Assembly (NCBI GenBank): GCA_951406725.2
Contig: OX597814.1
Coordinates: forward strand, 136,772,001-136,836,000
DNA from: Octopus vulgaris
Taxonomy: Eukaryota
Direction: 5' to 3'
Length of the DNA stretch: 64,000 nt
The translations under genes were made by a program, and so were the position numbers. This document shows positions 1 through 13,317 of this stretch, one piece after another. Within the stretch, counting starts at the first letter, position 1, and the number at the start of each line of letters is the position of its first letter. The notes beneath the pieces were generated by a model. The model was not told where the DNA came from. It saw nothing but the letters and a program-made list of their open reading frames with translations, and did not search any database.

Positions 1-204
1 TGCACTAACGCCACCGACATGATTTAATACACAAACAAGTGCGCATGCGCTCGCGTGCACACACACACACACACACGCACACATGCATACAAATGTATAG
101 ACACAAACATACATAACATGTACATAGATACATATATGCATATATATTTCTGTATACATATACACATATATGCATATATATATATATATACATATATAAA
201 AAAA

Positions 205-455
205 CAAAAATGGAACAAGATCGTAGCAGGCGACAGCAAAACATCAGGACAGTTGGACGATACAAAAAGTGGACAGGAGAAAACATGGACGGGTCATTTG
301 GAGCTTTCTTTCATCAATCAAATTCCATATCGTCGTTACAGTTTCGGCCGGTTACACTCGAGACTGCTCCAATCTGGCCGGCCCCAACAAAATCTAAGCT
401 AAGAACTCTAGATTCTTTGGAAGAAAGCAAACGCGTGTATACGAAAACAAGGACG
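205..455 (-). repeat. Dispersed repeat, probable PLE-derived tail (related copy at 23185-23293)
   Basis: It shares the GGACGGG...GCT..C..TCATCA.TCAA...TTTC layout with 23185-23293. Both copies are embedded in (TA)n/(CATA)n. Confidence 0.45.
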
Positions 456-636
456 ATATATATTTATACATACACACACACATACATACATACATACATA
501 CATACATACATACATACATACATACATACATACATACAAACTAATACATAAATGCATAAAAATATATACCTATAGATATGTATTTGCATAAGTTTATACA
601 TGTGTATATATATATATACCAGAGTAAACACATAAA

Positions 637-821
637 TGCGAAACAAGGTGAAAAATTAATAGTCGAATTCCGGAGGTAGAGTAATATGTTTTATTAAAAA
701 GCAGCAAAAATGCCTCAAAGACTCAGAGTTTCACGTTCCCGTTCGTCGGACAGTTTTGTTTAGATTTTGTTTAGTGAAACTCTGAGTAACAGTATTTGTG
801 ATATCTTTGCTGCTTTTTAAT
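637..821 (-). mobile_element. PLE-like tail with fold-back inverted repeat (arms 693-734 and 774-821)
   Basis: ATTAAAAAGCAGCAAA...ACTCAGAGTTTCAC is the reverse complement of GTGAAACTCTGAGT...TTTGCTGCTTTTTAAT, with a small deletion in the left arm. Confidence 0.6.
720..797 (-). ncRNA. Minimal hammerhead ribozyme motif split across the two arms of a fold-back
   Basis: The minus strand reads AAAACTGT-CCGACGA-AC(GGGAAC)GT-GAAA-CTCTGAG-T. The plus arm keeps GAAA-CTCTGAG-TA-ACAGT, which restores helix I (ACTGT/ACAGT). Confidence 0.6.
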
Positions 822-827
822 GATGAT

Positions 828-1084
828 GACCCCCTTCGGTCAGACACTGACCATGGGTTTGCACCTAGAGAGTTACCCTCTGAGGCACAAGTCTGGGCAA
901 GGTTGTTTTATAGAAGACCAGCAGTCGCCCATGCATGCCGGCCTCCCCTCTCCACGTCACCGATGTTGTCCAAGGGAAAGGCAAGGGCCGATACAGCTTG
1001 GCACCTATGACGTTGCAACTCATTTCTACAGCTGAGTGAACTGGAGCAACGTGAATTAAAGTGTCTTGCTCAAGAACACAACAC
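828..1084 (-). mobile_element. tRNA-derived SINE, family C, 5'-truncated
   Basis: Colinear with copies at 1918-2204 and 43549-43883. Confidence 0.85.
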
Positions 1085-1125
1085 TTTTTAATAAAGTGTA
1101 TATAAATATATATGTCTGTGTGTGT

Positions 1126-1165
<40 letters not shown>

Positions 1166-1277
1166 TGTGTGTGTGTGTGTGTGTGTATGTACAGAAATAC
1201 ACGCACACACACACTCACTCACACACACTGACATCTATCTATCTAATTAGCTATTTATCAGTTTCTCTCTCTCTCTG

Positions 1278-1331
<54 letters not shown>

Positions 1332-1726
1332 TCTGTCTTTCATCGATCTATCTATCTATCTATCTACCTATTTGTATATGCGTGTGTATAAAAATTTGAT
1401 TTTAGAAACGAGAGAAATAAAATTCAATACATAAAACAGAGTATTTATATTTTTTTCTTACTCGAGGAGTGACATAGACTTAAGAGCGTACAGTTTCACG
1501 CCAATGATAAGTGCTCTGGCACTAAACTGTAGACCCCTTGAAACAGCGTCGCTCCTGAATTAATGAAAAATATATCAGTGTATGCGTTCGTAGGTTCCGC
1601 TTTCAATCTGACTCTATGGCAACTTGGGAAAATGGTCATCCACTATAGCTCCGAGGTGAACAAAGTTTTGTGAATGGATTTCGTAGACGATAACAGAATG
1701 AATACCCACGTGTGTGTGTGTGTGTG

Positions 1727-1883
1727 TACTAGCGTAGCTAGAGTGTGTGCCGCCCGGGGCCGACCTTCAGTTTCCGACCGCGGGCCCCACGAAAAAAAAA
1801 TTTGCTTACAGCAAACTCCATAAAAGTGCCGCCCGAGGTGGACCGCCCCCTCCACCCTCTTGCTCCCTCTGGCTAAGCTAGTG
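1727..1883. mobile_element. GC-rich hAT-like MITE nested in the (TG)n of a SINE
   Basis: 17-bp TIRs TACTAGCGTAGCTAGAG / CTCTGGCTAAGCTAGTG (3 mismatches) and internal GTGCCGCCCG twice. The TSD is obscured by (TG)n. Confidence 0.6.
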
Positions 1884-1917
1884 TGTATGTTTGTATGTAC
1901 GTATGAACGTGCGTATA

Positions 1918-2204
1918 GGGTAAATACCCCACTTCGGTCATGATTGACCGTGAGTGAGTTTGCACAAGTCCGGGCAAGGTTGTTTGTGGAAAAACCAGCA
2001 GTCGCCCATGCATTCCAGCCTCCACTTCTCACTGCCGTTGATGTTATCCAGCTTGGCACCAGTGACGTCGCTACTCATTTCTACAGCAGAGTGAACTAAA
2101 GCAACACGAAGTAAAGTGTCTTGCTCAACAACACAACACACAGCCCGGTCCGGAAATCGAACTCACAACCTCATGTAACTGTTCTAACCACTAAGCTATG
2201 CGCC
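1918..2204 (-). mobile_element. tRNA-derived SINE, family C
   Basis: Minus-strand head GGCGCATAGCTTAGTGGTTAG (A box) and GAGTTCGATTTCC (B box); the body matches the other family C copies. Confidence 0.85.
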
Positions 2205-2224
2205 ATATATGCGCGCGCGTGCAC

Positions 2225-2263
<39 letters not shown>

Positions 2264-3515
2264 TGTGTGTGTGTGTATTAGTGTGTCTGCGTTTGTATTT
2301 GCCCTCCACCACCGCCTTGACAACCATATAAGTGGTTCAGCAAAATGGAACGGTAGAATAAATAGCAAGCTTAAAAATAAGTATCGGGGTTTGTTTGTTT
2401 GACTGACCCCTTCAAAGTGCTGCCCCAGTATGGCCGCAGCAATCCAAAAACTGAAATAAATAATTGACAAAAGCTAAAGGATATATGTGTCTATGTAAGT
2501 GTATGCGTGTATGTAAACTAAAATATTCAATGAAAGATGAGTTCATATACACGTATACGCGTGCCTAAGTATGTGTGTTTAATTAATTCTAACTGTGTAA
2601 TATCGTTTCTTTTATATAAGCGTTTGACCCTAAAATATTGATGCATACACTTATACACACGCGAGCACACATGCAGATACATGTGTGTCTGTGTTTATCT
2701 GCCTGTGTCTATCGTATTATTTCTTACATATATATACATACGTTTATGCCTCTGTATGTGTATGCATGTGTGTATTCGTATGTATATATACTGCATATGT
2801 ACTCCTATGCCTAGACACATTTATATCCAAACAGAGATACAATCATCGCATATTTGAATACCTTCTATCGCGCCAGTTTTGTGTCGTTTTTTTATGCATA
2901 CACGTATATGCATCTACAACTATATGTATATATATGTAGATGTACACAGGTACATACACATACATTTACACACAAAGTCAGATACTTTGAAATGAATATA
3001 TATTCATGTCCACTTTTAGCATTGCATATTCAGTAAACACCAATAAGATTTCCATTAAGCCAAATCAATCAAACTCTTGTTCGGGACCTATAAGAGTTGG
3101 GTCTTTGCTGGTACATATGTCCCAGAACATTAAAAGTGAATAAGGGTCCTTTAAGTGCCTAGCAGATCCTTTCTTAAAAACCTTCCTCCCCTACATCGTA
3201 CACTTGTGATCTCTCGCCCTTGAGATCTTGGCAAAAGCATAGCTCTTAATATCAGCGACGGGTATAAGAACCACTTAGCTACTTTGTCCATATGTCAGCA
3301 CTATATGTCTGTCATTTCTAGAATTGACGTTTCTTTATAATAGCACAAAAGATGCTCTCTCCCTCCAAACTGCATTCTTTTAATACTGGCCGCGCCAAAA
3401 TGTCGAGTTAAGCCTTTAACCTTCTCTTTTCTGTACATTAACGATCTACTCATTTTCTATCCTATCTAACAACTCAGGCCTATACAGATATTATCACCCT
3501 TCACTACATCTTAAT

Positions 3516-3870
3516 GGCGGAGGAGTGGCTGTGTGTTAAGTAGCTTGCTTACCAACCACATGGTTCTGGGTTCAGTCCCACTGCGTGGCACCTTAGGCAA
3601 GTGTCTTTTACTATAGCTTCAGGCTAAAGCCTTGTGAGGGATTTGGTAGACGGAAATATATATGTATGTGTGTGTATACGTTGTGTGTCTGTGTTTGTTC
3701 CCCCAACATCGCTTGACAACCGATGCTGGCGTGTTACGTCCCAGTAACTTAGGGGTTCGGCAAAAGAGACCGACAGAATAAGTACTAGGCTTACAACGAT
3801 TAAGTCATGGGGTCGGTGCTCCAGCATGGCCACAGTCAAATGACTGAAACAAGCAAAAAGAGTAAAAGAG
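3516..3870 (+). mobile_element. tRNA-derived SINE, family A
   Basis: Head GGAGTGGCTGTGTG.TAAG...GGGTTCAGTCCC, internal (TG)n and tail ATGACTGAAACAAG.AAAAGAG. More than ten copies or fragments occur in the window. Confidence 0.9.
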
Positions 3871-4902
3871 TTCCGTACATGGACCTCATCAACATGCGAC
3901 TCGCGCCCTGCTTGCATTAATGCCATTTCTAAGACCTTGAAAACATGCTTCGGGTGAAACAATCTTTCTTCTTTCACTAGAACAAAGACACTAAAGATGC
4001 TCTTCCTCAAAAATGCATTCCTAATATATATTAGTATGTCTGTATACGTATGTATGTAGGATCAATTAAACTGTTATGCACTACAGTTTAACTTAACATG
4101 GACAGTGTACACCTTAAATTACTACAAATCCTACACCACACAAAGTCCGGTGATCTCTCAAGGCAAGTTGATCTCAGTAAAACATTAACAGCTCCTTAAA
4201 ATCTCAGACTGAAACCAGCTATGATCAATTGCTGAATCTTCATCATATGTCGAGTGTTACCACACAGGAATATTAATTACATATCTGGGACGGTGTTGCT
4301 GTTGTTGCTGCTGTGGCTGCTGCTGCTTCCAATGTTGCTGTTATCCCACCACGCACGCGCGCACACATACATACATGCAGTTTGTAGACAGAATCCAAGA
4401 AGATCATCCGAATAATTAGTAAGAATTTATTCAACTGATCAAACACTTTATTTCCATTTTATCATAATCAAACTTAACATATCAGACTTTTTTGTGCATT
4501 TGTACATGCATAAATAGACACATACATACATACTGAAACTAGAATCAATCAATCAATCAATCATACATACATACATACATACATACATACATACATACAT
4601 ACATACATACATACATACATACATGCATACTGACAGACATGCAAATTTACAAACATACAGATATACATATGCACATACAAACAAGCCTATATTCAAATGC
4701 ATGTGTGCCTGTGTATGTGTATGTGTGCTTTGAGTCGAATATTCGCATGGAAAGTTATTCGTTGACTAATCGGAGAATACTTCTCTGACATTAATGTGAC
4801 AACTATCAACTTATTTTAAATAACTGGTTATTCTTCTGATCATATTCATTGAATCATTGAAGAAACCGTCGCGATATTCGTCTCAGACTTGAATACACCA
4901 CG

Positions 4903-5081
4903 CAGAGAGAGAGACAGACAGACAGACAGAGTAAATGTCTGAGAGAGAGAGAGAGTGGGAGAGAGACAGACAGACAGAGTGAATGTCCGAGAGAGAGAGA
5001 GAGAGACAGACAGACAGAGTGAATGTCCGAGAGAGAGAGAGAGAGAGGCAGACAGACAGACAGACAGATAGACAGACAGAC

Positions 5082-5116
<35 letters not shown>

Positions 5117-5126
5117 GTAAATGTCT

Positions 5127-5178
<52 letters not shown>

Positions 5179-5187
5179 TAGACAGAC

Positions 5188-5218
<31 letters not shown>

Positions 5219-5228
5219 GTGAATGTCT

Positions 5229-5268
<40 letters not shown>

Positions 5269-5330
5269 TAGACAGGCAGACTGATAGACAGAGTGAATGT
5301 CTGAGAGAGAGAGAGAGAAGGAGAGAGAGA
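4903..5330. repeat. Compound minisatellite: GAGT(G/A)AATGTC anchor plus (GA)n plus (CAGA)n, six units
   Basis: The anchor recurs at about 4929, 4977, 5017, 5115, 5217 and 5291. Confidence 0.85.
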
Positions 5331-6621
5331 TTAGCTACAAACAACATGACTGGAAACGACAACACCAACACTACTGAAAACGAGTCGGAGAAAAACATCA
5401 AGAAAGCTAAAATGATCACATTTTAGTTGTCAAAGAAGAAAATGAAAGTATAAAATGCATTTTTCTTGGAGTTATGAACTCAATAACGACTTACTTAATT
5501 GCAAAACAAGATCTTTCTGTTGGTTTATATGCCATTTTTCTTGGAATTATAAACTTAATAATGACTCACTAAATTGCGAAAAGAGGATCCCGGTGTTGGC
5601 TGTATGAAAAGAATGAAAACATACTGAGATGACTACCACCCGCAGAACTTAATTTAATCATTTTACATCAAAACAGTTACGTCGAGCGATATTTGTTGAA
5701 TGCAAACAAAGAGTCGGTTATTGTAATTACAATTCGAAAAATTATGAGTATAGTTTTATTGCCCAAAGTGTAAACACTACATAAATAATACTGCGTGAAC
5801 ATTCTCCTAGAACAGACATCCTTTCAAACATATTGACACCATATGTCACAGTAAACCAGATTCTTATTACTACAGCGTTACCTCACAATCATGTTGTTCG
5901 TTTTACTGCAGCTATGGTAACTCGTGCTAAGTCCACTGTTCACAAACTACTGCCAGCAGACTAACAACAAAAGTGACGATAAATGAAAATATATATTATG
6001 AACTGGAAGAGAAAGGTCTGAAAACAACAGCAATGTATTCTCAATGAAATCTTTCAAGGAAAGATTACTTCACAACACATCAGAATGGGCTGCTATTAGC
6101 AACATTTCTCCGGACATTTTGCTTGTTTATATTTGATAAGGGGAATCTTTCTCGAAATATTGTATAAATAACTTATGTTAGATAATACAATATTTTCTCT
6201 TTATTTTCGTTTGTTGACATTCACTTTACATATTGTGCCTAGCATTTCACCTGCATTGCTCAAAGGTATTTTTAAACATTTATATCAAAGACTATTTCAT
6301 TTTTAAAGCTGTCTTTTTCTTTACAAGGAAGAACACACATGACAGTCATTAATATGAAACCAAATGATAGATTCTAACGGGGATTAACGAAACGGGAAAT
6401 ATCGTGAGGTTACTGAAAAAAAAAAGAAACAAACATGTGCCATCATGAATTTAGGAAAATAGAAAAACTTGTCGATCAACGGAAAACTACCAATTATGTA
6501 GTTTGCTTATATGAAATAAAACATAAAAAAATAACTACACCTTCTGTCAGCAAAGAATAAAAAATAAAAAAGGAACACTATTTGGAGACAGCAAAAAAGA
6601 ACACTTTTTCATCCTCAAAGG

Positions 6622-7045
6622 CTCAGGCGTGGCAGTGTGGCAATAAGTTTGCTTACCAAATATTTGGTTCCAGATTCAGTCATACTGCGTTGAACCTTGG
6701 GCAACTGTCTTCTACTATAGTCCCAGGGCGATTTAAGCCTTGTGAGTGGACTTGGTAGAGGGAAACTGAAAATAGCCTATCATATGTGTGTGTTATGTGT
6801 GTGTGTGTATGTGCGCACGTATGCATGTGTGTTTGTCCCCTGCCAAAGTTTTACATCTACCATTTGTTTTGTTTATGTCCCCCACAAACTAGCGGTTCGG
6901 CGTAAGAGAACGATAGAATAAGTACCAGCTTAAAAAGAAATAATTACTAATTCCTGAGAGATGTTTGTTCAACTAAGAAAAAAACCCTTGAAGGCTGTGC
7001 CCCTGCATGACCGGAATCCAGTTAGTGAAACAAGTAAAAGATATC
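6622..7045 (+). mobile_element. SINE family A, diverged
   Basis: GCTCAGGCGTGGCAGTGTGG head through GTGAAACAAGTAAAAGA tail. Confidence 0.8.
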
Positions 7046-7678
7046 AATTTTTAAAAAATAGAAACAACGTATGGAACGAGCAAAATGAAAGAACACTTGA
7101 GAATAAATTAATCAGCGTCAAACAGGGGTTAAAACAGCTGTCAGGGAAAAAATCTGGCACCAGAAGAGAGTAGCTAAAAGAATAATAATTAACAAGAAAT
7201 TTAATTGAAACCAATCAGCTGCTTATAGATTTAAGGAGACACTCAATTAATGTCACAGAGGTTCCTTCTCAGAAAGATACTGATTAATTCTGGAGGCAAA
7301 TCTAGTGTGAGGAAAAGAATGTTTAACCAGGATGAAGTGTTGCTAAAAGAAATCCTAAATAAGTATTTTTTTTTCTTATAGACAGAGTCAACATCCATTG
7401 ACTAGGTTGCAAAAACAATGAAAATTTTGGGAGAAAAAATATAAATACTAAATGAGTGTAAATCGAACTGGTGAGTGTGTTAGATAATAAAGCATTAAAA
7501 CAATATGACTCTCACCAGACACAAAAATTTACTTCAATACACGACTTCACATAAACAATCTTGCCAACCTAATACAAATACGAAGTATTTTCTCTGTGTT
7601 TAACCAAAAGTACACAACGTCATTGATAGAGCCCTTGAAACTGTGGATCAAATACAGGATAGAAAAGCGACAGGAATA

Positions 7679-7898
7679 CAAGAGGCTGCTGAAAAGTTCC
7701 TGACTTTAAGGGTATCACGAAAGTCCTGGTTGGAGGCCCAACCTTCCAAATTCCTTTACGGGGCTTAGAAAAACTGAAGGGCCACTGCAATAAGTGTGTG
7801 TATCTGAGAGAGGCATATGTTGAATATAATCATAATTAACTGATCCTCCTGCATCATTTTTTTTTACTCAGAGCCAAGAACTTTTCAGTACCCCTTCG
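7679..7898 (+). mobile_element. Mariner-derived MITE (220 bp)
   Basis: TA on both sides; TIRs CAAGAGGCTGCTGAAAAGTTCCTGACT / AGCCAAGAACTTTTCAGTACCCCTTCG; retains the transposase C-terminal remnant GLEKLKGHCNKCVYLREAYVE. Confidence 0.8.
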
Positions 7899-10646
7899 TA
7901 CGTATATTTGATTGCCAGGTACTTGTATCAAAGCATTGACTTATTGCTGGTATGTTACTGACTTTTGCCAACAAGTTCTCAATGTAGATATAAACATGCG
8001 AAGCTAGTTGTCGCTGAGAGAAACAGCACTGGTATCCCCAAAGAAAAATATTCATGTTGCGGAAAACTACATGCCAGAATTTAAAATATAAAATATGCAC
8101 AACCTGTTCGAATGTATCCCACCAGTGTTACTGTGGTAGAGTGCTGAACAAACACCTGGGAAGAAGGAAGCTTAGGTATGTATTGAACAAGATTTGGTTA
8201 ACGAAACAGTTATGTTAAGAGTGAAGCATCATTAAAGGATATTGGTAATAGTTTGGCTTGATTACATAACAGCATTCGGTTCTATTCCTCGTTCGTAGAT
8301 GCTAGGATCGCTTTAACTTGCTAAAGTTACAGGTACGATAATCGAGGACATAGACAACGCAACTTTGTCCTGGGAAATAATCTTGAAATTATACACAAGA
8401 AGTGGTTCTATTGTCACTAAGATACAGCATAACATGAGTCTGTTTGTAGGCAGCAGTCTATGATGATCTTTATATTTTCAGTAAATCTCTAGTCCTTTTG
8501 TTTAGATAATCTGAAGGGCCGTGCGGCTGGCTCACAAAAACATAAAGACGTCAAGCTAAAATATTACTTCTTTGCAGACGACCTGAAAGTATTTGCCAAG
8601 AACATGAAGGCTATGGAAAGAAACTTTGACCTACTCACAAACGATATAAGGTATGAAATTTAGCTAGGTTATAAAAGCTCAGTCTATCAACATTTCTATC
8701 AAAGGCCTGGTTATTTCTTCTGTACTTGTAGAGGAAAGAGACAAGAAAATAGGGATGATCAGAACATGTACTGTCATGGCATTATCTCCAGGAATGCGTA
8801 ATCAGAATATAGCACCAGGTTCAGATAAGTATGGTCGTCTGAACTTTTTCCATACAATGAAACAAAATCCAACAATGTTTTTCCGGTGCCACTTTGGTGT
8901 GTGATCTACAATTTAAAGGGAGATTACTTTAGGTTACTTTTTAGTTTACTTTGTGTTAGAGCTACTTTGCTGTCTGAGCTACGGCAGCAAATTAACGTGT
9001 GATCTACGTGCTTATTTTAATTTTTATATTGTTTATTCTTGGTTTCTTATTACAATTTACTAAGACATAAATGAAACATGGTTTTCTTATTATTAAAATA
9101 GTAAGAATTTAGAAAAAATACATTTACATCGCTAAGTATGACCTACAGTAATCTCCCTTGTAGATCACACTCCAAAGCAGCATAATTTTTTCTCATACCA
9201 CTATTTATGCCAACATTTGGACTACTCCATTGAACACTAGATGAAGTCCGAACTGCTGATGTTAAAACCCGAAAATTAGTAACCCACGTCAACAGCAATG
9301 TAAACTGTCTCAACTCAAATGAAAACAAACAGGATGAGGATTAACGTTGATTCGAACAACCTTTGGATGTCGCATCATATCCATTCAACAAAATCTACTA
9401 ACTATCAAGTGTCGAAGTTCAAACCTTGGATCAAATCTGCATACATGACGTAGATAACATGAGAGCTGAAAATCAGCTCCTCCGAAAAGCATTCCGTGGA
9501 GTTAATTTCATTAGGGATATATACCCATGCAAATTGAAAAACGCTATAGCAACAGGTCATGAGAATGAAAATCTGTATACATATCAACAGAAGACCATGC
9601 ATACCTACATGACCAGGAAGGTGCAGAGTAACAGCAACATAGTAACCAAGCCAGACTATTTTTGCATCAGTAGTAAGGATATTAGCCCTAACTTCGTAGT
9701 ATATACTATCGCATATATCTCAAAGAACAGAAACTAGCAACAACCAAAATGGATGCAAAATAAGGTTAGAGCTACAGTTAAACCAACCTAAACGCACCAA
9801 CTGATGCAGATTCTGTGAAATGAATTCAGACGATGTTACTTCCATCGCTTAGCGGTCGTCCAAAAATGTCATCATATTATGTGATGTCAAGGCCAGGACA
9901 TTGTACAACACAAACCACAGAAAAGATAGTTCTGAGGACACAAGGTTACAAACATAAGAGGCTACCATGAATGGGGTGGGGCACAATCACATAATACAGA
10001 AGAATACTGATAGCGTACTTCTATCAAACTAACAATAAGACGCGAGCATAACAACCAGAAGTAGCCAAAATAAGTGAAAAAGAAGACACCTATGCAAAAC
10101 TAATGAGAAGTCTATAGATACTTCAAGGCTATAGCTTTAGGTTTTTACCCGTAATTATTGAAGTACTTGGATACTGAACTCGCAGCTTCTGAGAAGATAC
10201 ACTTCACAAAATGAGAAAGAACATGGTTCATGAAGAAACTACAGCTACATACCATTAAAGGCACTGTAGAAATATGCAAAACATTTCAAAAGTTTAGAAT
10301 GTGATAATACACACCTGTTGACGTGCAAACACACACATACACACGCACACACACGCATAGACGCGTGCGCACACACTAACATTAGCTGGGCATCCCATCA
10401 TTGCTGGGAAATTTTCACTATAGAATGCCTTTATTTCAATGTAAATTTTATTCCATGTCAGACTATGTTTTCTCTGATGGATAGGCCTCTTGATCAGAAG
10501 AGATTTGAGGCAATTTATAATGTATCTATAAACTGCTTTTGTTTTACCATTTGACGCATAGATGTAAAGATTTTTCTTAGCTCGCTGCTGATGCTTTGTG
10601 GGGGTTTTTCGACTTTACTGCCCTAATGAAATCCCTTACGCACATG

Positions 10647-10714
<68 letters not shown>

Positions 10715-10845
10715 GCATGAGCAATATAGATTAGCAGAGAGTGAGAGTGTGATAAATATATCGAGAGACTGGGGACGTTTACAATGAGAAAAACGTAAAT
10801 GAAAGAGACATACAGACAGACAGATAGACAAACAGACAGACAGAC

Positions 10846-11278
<433 letters not shown>

Positions 11279-11374
11279 TATATATATATATATAATATTA
11301 TGGAGTATAACTCCAAACTTACAGGGAAAAATTCAATTTAGTATTAAATCAAATTTCACAATATAAATATATAA

Positions 11375-11523
11375 TATATATAAATTAGAGAAAAACCACT
11401 ATTATTCATTTTTGCACTTTTTGGTGATTTAGTTATATGGTTTAAAATATATTTATTTTTTATTTATGATTTGGTTTATGTCTATCATTGTTTGAATTGC
11501 ATAATAGTGGTTTTTCTCTAATT

Positions 11524-11530
<7 letters not shown>
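11375..11530. repeat. AT-rich inverted repeat within (TA)n
   Basis: TAAATTAGAGAAAAAACCACTATTAT / ATAATAGTGGTTTTTTCTCTAATTTA. Confidence 0.75.
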
Positions 11531-11570
<40 letters not shown>

Positions 11571-12499
11571 AGAGGGTAATATAGAGTGATTACTATATAG
11601 AGGGAAAGATGTAAAAGGGACGGAAAGGCGCAAAAGAGAGAGAGAGAGAGTCTGATGGAGATAGAAAGTGAGAGATTTGTCGAACTAAAAGTTGAGTTAT
11701 TTCTCGTATTAAATTATATTTTTTGATTAGTTATAACTGAATACGTTCCTGTTGGGACGCAGATTTCGGGTAGAAATCGAAGCGATATCATTTGGTGACC
11801 GGCTACGTATATTGTCACAATGGTACCAAGCATCGATTTTTCAATCTCGTTATAGCTACAAAAATTTACTCACATACCATTAGAAAAATTCCATATTAAT
11901 TCTAGTGTAGCATCTTGCTATCTTGCTTGAACAAGCTGAGATTGTTTGTTCTCTCTGTATGAGTACATCTAAAAAATTATTTATGGAATAAAAATGTATC
12001 TAGATATATGACCACGGGAAATATGTGTGGAAATTAAAAGAAATAACAAAAAGGTGGGAAATAATTCCTTACTACTACGACTATAATAAAACGGAGTGTC
12101 CGATAACGAAACAAACCAAATGTATAATAGTACAAATATAGATATTACATTGTGTAAGTAGATGTTGATCAGTGTGGATATTATTTTCACTTCTGCATTG
12201 GTAACTAAGGCTGTAATAAGATAAGAGACAATATTTTGTTTCACTACAATGACCAGGTATATAAATGCGCGCAGCGTTAAACGCACTCTTTCCTCCAGCC
12301 AGCCATTTTCTTCGCACTATCCCTGGGAGAGTCGTGGTGGTAGAGTCCTTCACAGCTCATATCAGAAGCAACTGTCATTAGACTTTCCTACAGGTTTCTC
12401 AAGTGTGACTAACTAAGACTATGGATATTATCCAACCATCCTAGGATTCCTGCTGGTTGACTTGGCTCTAAGAAGCCGTCTTACGATCCTTTCTTGCGA

Positions 12500-13270
12500 C
12501 AATTTTAATCACAATTCGTTGCCTAATTTGTGCAGGCGTCTGGAGTGTCGGATTTATTCAAGAACGTCCTGCGTTTCAGTGCTAGTGGGTGACTGAAATG
12601 CCAGCTTGGATGCACGGCCGGATTTTGTGGGGATAGCTAAAATGAAAAGTAGGCGTAAAAGCCTTCGCAAATCTTCTCATTCATTTCTTGTGACATTCTA
12701 ATCACATACCCGTAGTAGCTACGGAATGTCACAAGAATTCTAATCACAGCTCCTCGCCTAATTTATTCAAATGTCTGATAAGTACCGACTGCAATTTCCC
12801 GTATGAGCCAGAGAGGACTTGGACAAACAGTATCAGGTAATCCAGATTGCATCCAGACAAAGTACTCTGTAGGTTAGCAGATAGGGATAGCATTGGTTGT
12901 CCATAATTCAGCAAGATCGGCTATATAGACGACAAATTTGTGATCTGTACCATCAATCTAAATAGGTTGTATAGACAAAAACTGGAGACTGAACGCATCT
13001 TTCCCGGCGTGCCAAGTTTACAGACACTGGATTAGAGAACTAGTTATTAGTCATGAAGGAGTTGACAACTGCAATCATCAACAAATGATTGTAGTTAGCT
13101 TCGAAAAAGGGTATTCGTTTTGAATCGATGTGCTTTAGTGGGAAACTAGTGATTGGCAATTCTAGAGCACAACCGGAGATAGTTAGAAACCTAATACAGG
13201 CGCTAAGGGAAGCTATTGCGACTGGCGTGCTAGCGCGAGATTTACTTTTCAACGCTAAGCACGAAGATTG
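12500..13270 (+). mobile_element. Older fragment of the L1/Tx1-like endonuclease region
   Basis: Colinear similarity to 13650-14280, for example GTGCTAGTGGGTGACTGAAAT vs GTACTAGTGGGGGATTGGAAT and CTGATAAGTACCGACTG vs CTGACAAGTATCGACTG. Confidence 0.7.
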
Positions 13271-13317
13271 TTGTTGTCAGAGCTAGGATACTCGAAGGAG
13301 TAAGGGAACGAAATGTA

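Larger units (their letters stand above)
5335..10304 (+). mobile_element. Heavily decayed R4/Dong-like non-LTR retrotransposon (RT plus RLE), interrupted by a SINE and a MITE
   Basis: RT motif YFFADDLKVFAKN at about 8565-8603, CRFC zinc-finger start at 9805, and C-terminus KEDTYAKLMRSL...GTVEICKTFQKFRM* ending at 10304. The 5' limit is uncertain. Confidence 0.7.

Noticed and set aside
1488-1556. Short inverted repeat followed by CTGTAGA...GAAACAGCGTC
   Set aside because: A6 is altered and helices I and II do not pair; too weak to call.
3040-3510. Complex sequence as a possible host exon
   Set aside because: No convincing ORF or splice pattern; more likely an old LINE remnant that I cannot classify.
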